The notes under the pieces: model-generated | Told to the model about the DNA's origin: nothing | Databases searched by the model: none | What the model saw: only the letters and a program-made list of their open reading frames with translations | Program-made: the position numbers and the translations under genes | Part shown: piece by piece, positions 55,727-64,000 of the stretch | How the letters are laid out: each line of letters starts with the position of its first letter | Position numbering within the stretch: the first letter of the stretch is position 1 | Origin: Chrysomallon squamiferum | Lineage: Eukaryota; Animalia; Mollusca | NCBI GenBank assembly: GCA_012295275.1 | Contig: CM022665.1 | Location: forward strand, 13,764,001 to 13,828,000 | Direction of reading: 5' to 3' | DNA: 64,000 nucleotides

Positions 55727-56739
55727 TTAGTCCCTTCAAAGTTTGAAAAAGAATAAATAGATAATCAGTATGTGTGTGTATATATATATATATGATAAAA
55801 TTTTAACACCATAACGTTCTTAACTATTTGTCCAGGGTATTATTTTGATTACGTTTAAGCGCTGATGATTAAAGAAAATATATGTCGAGATTACAAAAAT
55901 GCTATATTTTATGAAGAAAGTTAACAACGTTATTATCTTAATGTATTACATCAGTGTAAACACAAAGGTTTGTGACCGTTATAACTCAGTTAAAACAATA
56001 ACACTTAAATCTACACGGAAAGAATATCGCTGAAGAAATACGAGACATAGAAAAATGATGTGACCATCATGGGTATACAGACTCAAAAATCGATAAACAT
56101 TAAAATAAATAAATAAAATATTAAAGTATATGCAGGAACGATCCCACAGTCTGCGGCACATAATAACATTGCTATCCAGATCCCGCTCAAATATTGGTAG
56201 ATGACGCACATATTGCGTTTGCCCGAAGTCTCTTTCGATGATGACCATTGGCGGAAAGCACTCTACACCTTGCCTTGGACTGAGCGACAAATCCTTGGCC
56301 AAATACCGCGTGCGCACGTTCTAGGGCCGAGATGCACAAATGATTGATGGGGAATGTAACTTCGGTCCGCAAATCTAAACAAAATCATTGGTCGCACCTG
56401 TATAAACAATGGCAAAGGCTGAGCTTTTCTGCAGGGGCGCACTAAGATGGAGTGATTTAAGATGAAAACAGAAAAACCTTTTCTCCTCTTCACGTAATGT
56501 TATCTCGACAACAGCATATTATTTATATTACACCTTATTAATACATCTATAATATATACTTACGATTAGATATTTCGTAACAGTATCGGTGAATATAATC
56601 ACGATCGTGATGCTAATGTTTGAAACAATAAATATGTCCATAAATGTTCTCAATTAACATATAGAGAAGAATGCAACATTAGTTTAATCAAAATGATGTA
56701 CAGTATTTATGAATATACTGACCAGAGGAATAATGGTTT

Positions 56740-56880
56740 GCATGGCCAGTCTTCATAAGCGTCCTCCCTTCGTCTATTTCCTATTCCAACCAGTACTCAC
56801 ATACTTTATGACCAAAGACCGTAATTTATGTTTTCCTACTAAGATGCATACCAAAGATATTTTGATACTAATAGGCAAGC
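56740..56880. repeat. Degenerate SINE-like repeat copy
   Basis: CTATTTCCTATTCCAACCAGTACTC...ACCAAAGACCGT...GATGCATACCAAAGAT shares blocks with the other copies in the window. Confidence 0.45.
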
Positions 56881-56994
56881 TTAAATAATTTAAAGTTTAT
56901 TGAATTTTATTTTCGCATTCTAAGGATTTCTACTGGCCATATTTCATAAAATCTAACATTATCTTTCGTCTACAATTAAAGTATGTATATAATA

Positions 56995-57032
<38 letters not shown>

Positions 57033-57117
57033 GCATCGTTTTTAATAATTATAATGATGATAATGCTAAAATTGGTGATGATAATAATAATCAACACAAC
57101 ACTTCAGGTACTATTTT

Positions 57118-57930
57118 AATAAATAAATAAATAAACAAATATACATGTTTATTGGCAACCGCGGTTATTTATCTTTTTTGAAACATATTAATGTAATAAT
57201 CATACCGATGTAGGTTTTTTAAAATTTTGACTCTAGTCCGACAAGATCCAAAAATCCATTACAATGTACAATAGACAGCTGAGACTGAATTATAATAATG
57301 AATAAAAAGTTTTTTGATCGAATCTTAATCATTGTATATTGCATTGTTTTATTAATATTATTATCATCATCATCATCAATATTACTATTTATTTATTTAT
57401 TTATTTCACTGTAAATATACCTTACAAAAATATAATGCCTGAAAGGTTTTGTTGTTATAAAAAAATTATATATATAAAATTAAATAAATTAAAAAAAAAA
57501 TTAAATTAAAATCTATGTTTCTCCGTTATATATTAAACGAGAAAAGGAACATTTCTATTAAATTTTATCGCAAATTTTCCATTTCTTTTTAACAATCCTG
57601 TTTTCCGCGTCCAATTAAAACCGCAGAATTTTTTAATTCTCAAATCTACATCAGTTCAACAGAATCGTTCGTATAGTAACTTCATAACTTCATTATTCTA
57701 ACATCTACATCGTTCCAGCTTCATCCTGTCCAAACAATAACTGGTATATAATTTTATAGTCTGCATCATTTCCATCGAAGCAGTAAACACTACAATGCAA
57801 TTTCGTTATTCAAAAAATCTCCATCTTAACTACCATCTCCCACAAACCAAAAATGCTACATTACCATTTCACTGTAATAAAGCAAAAAATGTTAATATAC
57901 CAAAATCAACCACAGCCACCTATCAGCGTT

Positions 57931-57965
<35 letters not shown>

Positions 57966-59100
57966 TCACTAAACATTGATTCCGCTTAAGATTATATAGA
58001 TATGAAGTTATGCATCAATGAAGACGCTAAACCGTTATAAATGATTTATTTTGGTATAATTTAACATGAAGCCGTCATACGACGATTGTTTTGACATTTA
58101 TATCAACACGTTGATTACCTTCTGTTTTTTAATGGAAGAGAAATAAAAAAGTTGCCATTGTTAGTTTTGCAGTCATGGTTAGATACATTACGTATGTCTG
58201 AGTAGACAAATATATCGGTGATGTTGGCGCCAGCTACGTAAACCCAGCCATGGGTGATGTGAGGTGGACATTTTTAATACGCTGTTGTAGGGCTTGCGTT
58301 TGTTTGTTTATTTAGAAACTAGTACAGAGTGCTCACTTGCTTAAATCTTAAGTGAATTTGAGTTCTTTTGATATCTGATTTCGTTCAATTAAATTTGTTT
58401 TCTTCTTTGTTTCTTTCATTCATATAATTTTTTTTCTTCTTTGTTTCTTTCATTCAATTAATTTTTTTCTTCTTTGTTTCTTTCATTCATTTAATTATTT
58501 ATTTAATTTTCTTCATTCTTTCTTTCATTCATTTTTATTTGTTTTTCTGCGATTTTTCTCTTCTGTTTTTCTTTCTGTCAGTATTTTGTTTCTAGCTTTC
58601 CTTTATTTATTTATTTATTTATTTATTTCATTGTTGTTCGCCTTTCCTTTCTGTTTTCCTCACTATTTATCTCTGTCTTTATATTATCTTTTTTTTCTTT
58701 TTTTTTTTTTTAGTGTTCTTTTACTATACATTTATATTTCAGAATAACAAAGATAAGTAAAGCAACTAAAATTAAAATTAAATAATTTTTCATTCTTTTC
58801 TATAATGAAATGTTTACACACAAACAAACAAATAAAAAACCGCACACGTACTTACTGTTTATGCCAAAAAAAAAATATTTTTATTATTAGTGTATTATTT
58901 TCTTTTGAACGTGTTTCCTTCTTGATATTTCATATTTTTTTTTTTTTTTTTTTTTTTTAATCTTGTCGCACCTGCGACAAAATATTCAAAACATACATCA
59001 GGATGTTTATTAGACTCATATAAAAAAATTTCAAAAAAGATAAATTACCGAGGTTGCCAATAAACATGTGTATTTATTTATTTATTTATTTATTTATTTT
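57118..59100. mobile_element. ~2-kb fold-back element with ~130-bp terminal inverted repeats
   Basis: ACATGTTTATTGGCAACCGCGGTTATTTATCTTTTTTGAAA (57143-57183) versus TTTCAAAAAAGATAAATTACCGAGGTTGCCAATAAACATGT (59029-59069), two mismatches. Weaker complementarity continues inward to CGACAAGAT (57247) / ATCTTGTCG (58960) and outward into (TAAA)n/(TTTA)n. Confidence 0.65.
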
Positions 59101-59225
59101 GAAATATAAATGTAAATAAATAACACAATTTGTATTAGTATTTTCTGTTCTAATATAATTATTCGTACTTTATCTTTCAATAATGAGATTTAATTTTATA
59201 TTATCTTGTTCGTATCCATTTCGTG

Positions 59226-59260
<35 letters not shown>

Positions 59261-59851
59261 CATTAATTATTAGTTTTTAACGCTTAATTTCGGGTCAAAA
59301 TGAATTTACCTATTTGTGGAAAATTACACATTTATTTTTATTTCTTTGTTTGCTTTACATTTTGATTATTATTCGGATTAATGATTGTTTTATTATCATG
59401 CTTTTTAAAACAATTTATAACGACAATAGTATTGAAAATAATGACGATGCTGATGCTGATGCTGACGCTGATAATAATAATAATAATAATAATAATAATA
59501 GTAATAATAAGACAAACCCAAATTTAAAGAACGTTTCGAAACATCATTTTTTATTATTATTATTATTATTATTATCAGCTTCGCCGTTATTTTTATAAAC
59601 ATTATCGTTGTATTTATTATTATTAACTCTGTTGTTGCTGTTAAATCAAACCACTGATAACAAATTATATAATATTCCTATGGGTTTGAATATTGTTTCA
59701 GTGATTTTAATGAAATAAAAATTCGTAAAGTTTTCTATCTTACTGACTGGCCATGGATACTGATTTTCACTAGAAAAATCTATGTAAAGTAGAAGGATGT
59801 AAGTAAATGTGGATAATAATTCGTATCTTAAAACAAAGAAACAAAAACAAA

Positions 59852-59899
<48 letters not shown>

Positions 59900-61419
59900 A
59901 ATAAATGAAATAAAGAAAGAAAGAGAAGAAATTTGAGATAAAATATTACAAAATAACTAAATTTTAATATGGTTTTGTGTGAGAATTTTCTAGAATGATG
60001 TCGGTCATATACACTCGCACACAAACACATACATACGTACATACATACGTACGTACATACATACATACGTACATACATACATAAATGCATACTTATATAT
60101 ATATATATTTATGGGGAGAGTAGATGGATGGATGGGTAGTTACACGTGTGTATATATATATATATATATATCAACATCATTTAAAAAATAAAAAATAAAA
60201 AATTATCGTGGAAAATAACAATTCAAGATGTATTTTTTGTATTATTTGTCGTTGTTGCTTTTTTCATATAAAATCTGTTACTTTTACTTCATTATTTTTT
60301 CACAGTCGTTATTTCAATTTCGCCCACTCCTGTTACTACATGTTTATAATAATCTGTTCACGTCGCTGACGTGTGTGACCACGTGCTATTAACGAATCAG
60401 TGTTACAACTTGTACGTTACAGTCACGTGTATCAAGTAACAAACGGCACGGAGAAGTCTGTCCAGTTTTCACGGCTACTTCTCCGCTTGTTAATCCTTTC
60501 CGGTCAAGATAAACTAAATCCGTCAACCGAATTAACGCTAGTGTTTCATCTGAAGTTTATTAGTGTATGAGAGACTTTAATCCTATCCTTTCTTTTTTCA
60601 AGTTTCGAATCATTTCCGAGCAAGATGAACGAAGACGGTTAAATGAATTGATACTATTGTCACTTGAAGTTGATTAGTGTGTGAGAAGCTTTAGTCAGAG
60701 TGTATTATCTATACACTTCTCAAGTGTTGATTGTAATTATAATATCTTCCTTTCCTATTTTTTTGCAAAATTGCAGTTTAGTTAAAATATTTTTTTTTTT
60801 TTAAATGACTGTATCTAAGTGTTTGTGTTATTTTAAATATCTGTCTCTAATTCAGCATTATTTATTTATTTATTTATTTATTAAATTTAATTTTTAAGAA
60901 AGAAACCAAAAAATGAAAAAATCTATTTCACTGTAAAATATTTAATTTTGAATATTTCAACAATTAATTTAAAAAAAAAAAAAAAATTTACTAAAAGTTT
61001 TTAATTTATTTATTTTTAATTTTTTGGCAAAGAATAAACATTGATGTTATCATTTAAATATCATTTTAATAAACAATGAAATGTGTGTACATCTTTGTAT
61101 GTTTGCGTATATTAAAACAATTTTCTTAAGAACATTATTTTAACTAGACATCTTTGGATTTTCATTTATTTAATATTATCAGAGTTTTTCATATAATTGC
61201 ACTAATTAATTAATTATAAATGAACATGACTCTTGGTTTACTTACTTAGTAAAATCGTTTATATTTATATTGGGTTCAAAAATAATGTTTCAAAATTGCC
61301 ACTAATTCTTTAAGCATTTTTTCATCAAGTTTTCTAGCTTTTTAAGCTGCTAGAAAAATTTGTCAGTATATTTAAACTTTTAAAAGTCTGATGCACCTAA
61401 CTGTCTGAGATATTAATAG

Positions 61420-61483
<64 letters not shown>

Positions 61484-61642
61484 TAATAATAGCAAAAAGA
61501 ATTACAGCTATTATTATTATTACTATTATTTATTTATTTATTTAATTTTATATTTATTTGCTTATTTTGTATTTTCACAATTTCAGTTAAAATATGATTT
61601 GGGCGCCTAATGTTATTTCACTTCATCATCATCATCATCGTC

Positions 61643-61702
<60 letters not shown>

Positions 61703-62952
61703 CAAATAAATAAACGAATGAACGAACGAACGAACGAACGAACAAACAAACATACATACAAACAAATAAATAAAACATAGTATTTAAAAAAATTAATATT
61801 TGAGGTAAAACTAACCAAGATAATTAAGCATAATTTCAACTGAGAAATATACACTTAAATAAAAAATAATAATAAATAAATAAATAACAGTAATAGCAAT
61901 AATAATAATAGTTGTTGTTGTTTTTGCTATTATTACTATTATTATTACTATTATTGAGAACTAACAACGAACAAATAAACAAACAAAAGTTTCTTTGTGA
62001 GTATAAATAAATAAATAAATAAATAAATTATTAGTTAAATGGTTTAATAAAAAGATTGGTTAAATAACTGTTACTGAAAATTAGACTGAACTGTGATAAC
62101 TCATGTAACAAGATGAGGTATTCGAGTTTAATTTAAAACGAAATTATAATTACTCAAAAACAGACAGACTTGTTAAGAAAATCAATCAAAGAAACAAGTC
62201 TTTACCACCCTTAGTTAAACTGAAATATGACTAGTCAAAAAAAGAATTCAACAACAAGAGACAGTTTCTTCAATAATTTCTTTGATTTCTCACAATCGTG
62301 TACGACAAATTGAGGAAAGGCGCTCGGCGCGCGTCATCAATGGCGGAGCTTACGTAAGAAGAAAAATATGGGGTACCATCGCGCCATCTTTAAAGTTTTT
62401 ATTGGCTCCGATGATTCAGGGAGAGGGCAATAGTTGTAAAAGTCGAGTTATTAAGCAAGACATGTGGCTTGTTCGTTCTGGGCACGGATACTCGGTAACT
62501 AATTTACAGACCGCCCTGCAGTACAGTTTTATTACCACCACTTTGATCTTCAAGTCTCCCAAAGCGAGTTATCACCTCTTATCTCTACAGAGGCGTGTAA
62601 TCTTATGGCACTTATACCCGAGCATTTTGTTTATATAATTATATCTTTGTAATCTTTTATTATTATTTTTTTTTTATTATTATTTTTCTTCGTGATATCA
62701 AGTTTTTGGGTAGTTTTATAATTAATAAATTTAAGTTTTTTCAAAATTGGTATACTGAAAAAGAAAAAGAGAAGATCTTGTTTATGTACGAAGTCGTTGA
62801 ATGTGACTTTTTTTTTTTTTTTTTTTTGTATGATATTTATGCATAAAGATGTTTGTGAATGTTTTTAAAAACAAATATACTTTTAAGTACTTTTTTACCT
62901 TAAGCATAATGAATAAATATAACACTCATAATAGACGTAATAAGACAAATTC

Positions 62953-62955
<3 letters not shown>

Positions 62956-63028
<73 letters not shown>
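62956..63028. repeat. (GA)n microsatellite
   Basis: Perfect run. Confidence 0.95.
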
Positions 63029-63030
<2 letters not shown>

Positions 63031-64000
63031 TGCGTTAAACCAAATAAACATTATTTTTATATGGACGAATATTTCGAAACCAAGCCATTTTTTTAAAGAT
63101 TTTTGTTCCAACATGAAACTTGCTGAATTTTCTTTTACGTATAAATAAACATCTAATTATTAATTTTGTTTTCACCGGAATTTTATAATTCACATGTAGA
63201 TGTGGGACGTTTAGTATTTTAATAATAGCAGTGAGGGTCACAAGAACAACGACAGACTAACAACAACAAAACAAATGATGATTAATAACAACAACGACAC
63301 TAATAATAATAACAACAGCAACAATAACAATAATTTAATTAAGAATAGAATATTAATACGCAGGATTAAATAGAACAACAAAGAAAGATTTTTTTGAAGA
63401 TACAATTGTGTAGGGAATAAAGAAGCCTATTACAATGATGTTGGATAAGTAACTGAATATCATTGATTATTTAGTCATTTTAATTATTTAAACATTTGTA
63501 AAAAATAATAACAATAAATGTCATTTAAAAAATGCTGAAGAATGTGTAAAAAATAAATAAAACGAAATAAATAAATATTCACACAGAAAACTTTTGCTAA
63601 CGAATTTCAAAAGTCAATGAAATGTTTTCGAATATATGTATTTTTTCAGATACCAACTGTTTATATATTTATCTACATCTGGATAAATGTCTGTAATATG
63701 TAAATAAATTAATAAATGTAATAAAAACTGTATGCATGTTTCAGATTTTAAATTGATATACAATTGCGAAATTCGATCGTAATGCTGTGCCACTTTTAAA
63801 AGTATTTAAAATTGTTGTTTCGTATTTGAAATAAACACAACGATAATACACAGTGTATCTCCCAAATCAACAGTATAGCACGTGTATATAAAATTAGATT
63901 ATTAGGCTGATAGACAATACTGTGTTAGTATATCATATACACGTGTCATATGTGACCAGGTCATTAGATACGTAATTCTTTTTTCTACCTGTCACCAGCT

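Noticed and set aside
23541-63241. Many 60-150 aa ORFs in the ORF track (poly-I/N/Y, ER, YLSI, FVCL repeats)
   Set aside because: They are translations of microsatellites and low-complexity tracts, with no recognisable domains or exon chains.
1-64000. tRNA, rRNA or snRNA genes
   Set aside because: None recognised by eye; tRNAscan-SE and an Rfam scan would be needed to exclude them formally.

Overview
AT-rich eukaryotic (metazoan) genomic DNA, probably a mollusc/gastropod judging from gene set, microsatellites and repeat content (inference). The first ~22 kb hold three complete multi-exon genes assembled by hand from GT-AG junctions with consistent phases: CDC37 (+, 11 coding exons, 371 aa), PWP1 (-, 15 exons, 542 aa) and the pseudokinase STK40 (+, 8 coding exons, 452 aa). 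PWP1 and STK40 are head-to-head; CDC37 and PWP1 are convergent. Their introns and flanks carry Tigger/pogo, piggyBac, LINE (RNase H) and SINE-like relics. The remaining ~42 kb has no recognisable protein-coding gene. It is microsatellite-dense, retains CpG, and contains about ten short GC/CpG-rich islands with recurrent YY1/Pho, E-box, D-box, Su(H) and Pbx-Hox-like motifs, a local duplication interrupted by a hAT element, two fold-back elements and a few orphan exon-like segments. No novel system can be demonstrated from sequence alone. The best leads are the island array (possible Polycomb/YY1-type regulatory landscape) and a possible alternative last exon of PWP1.
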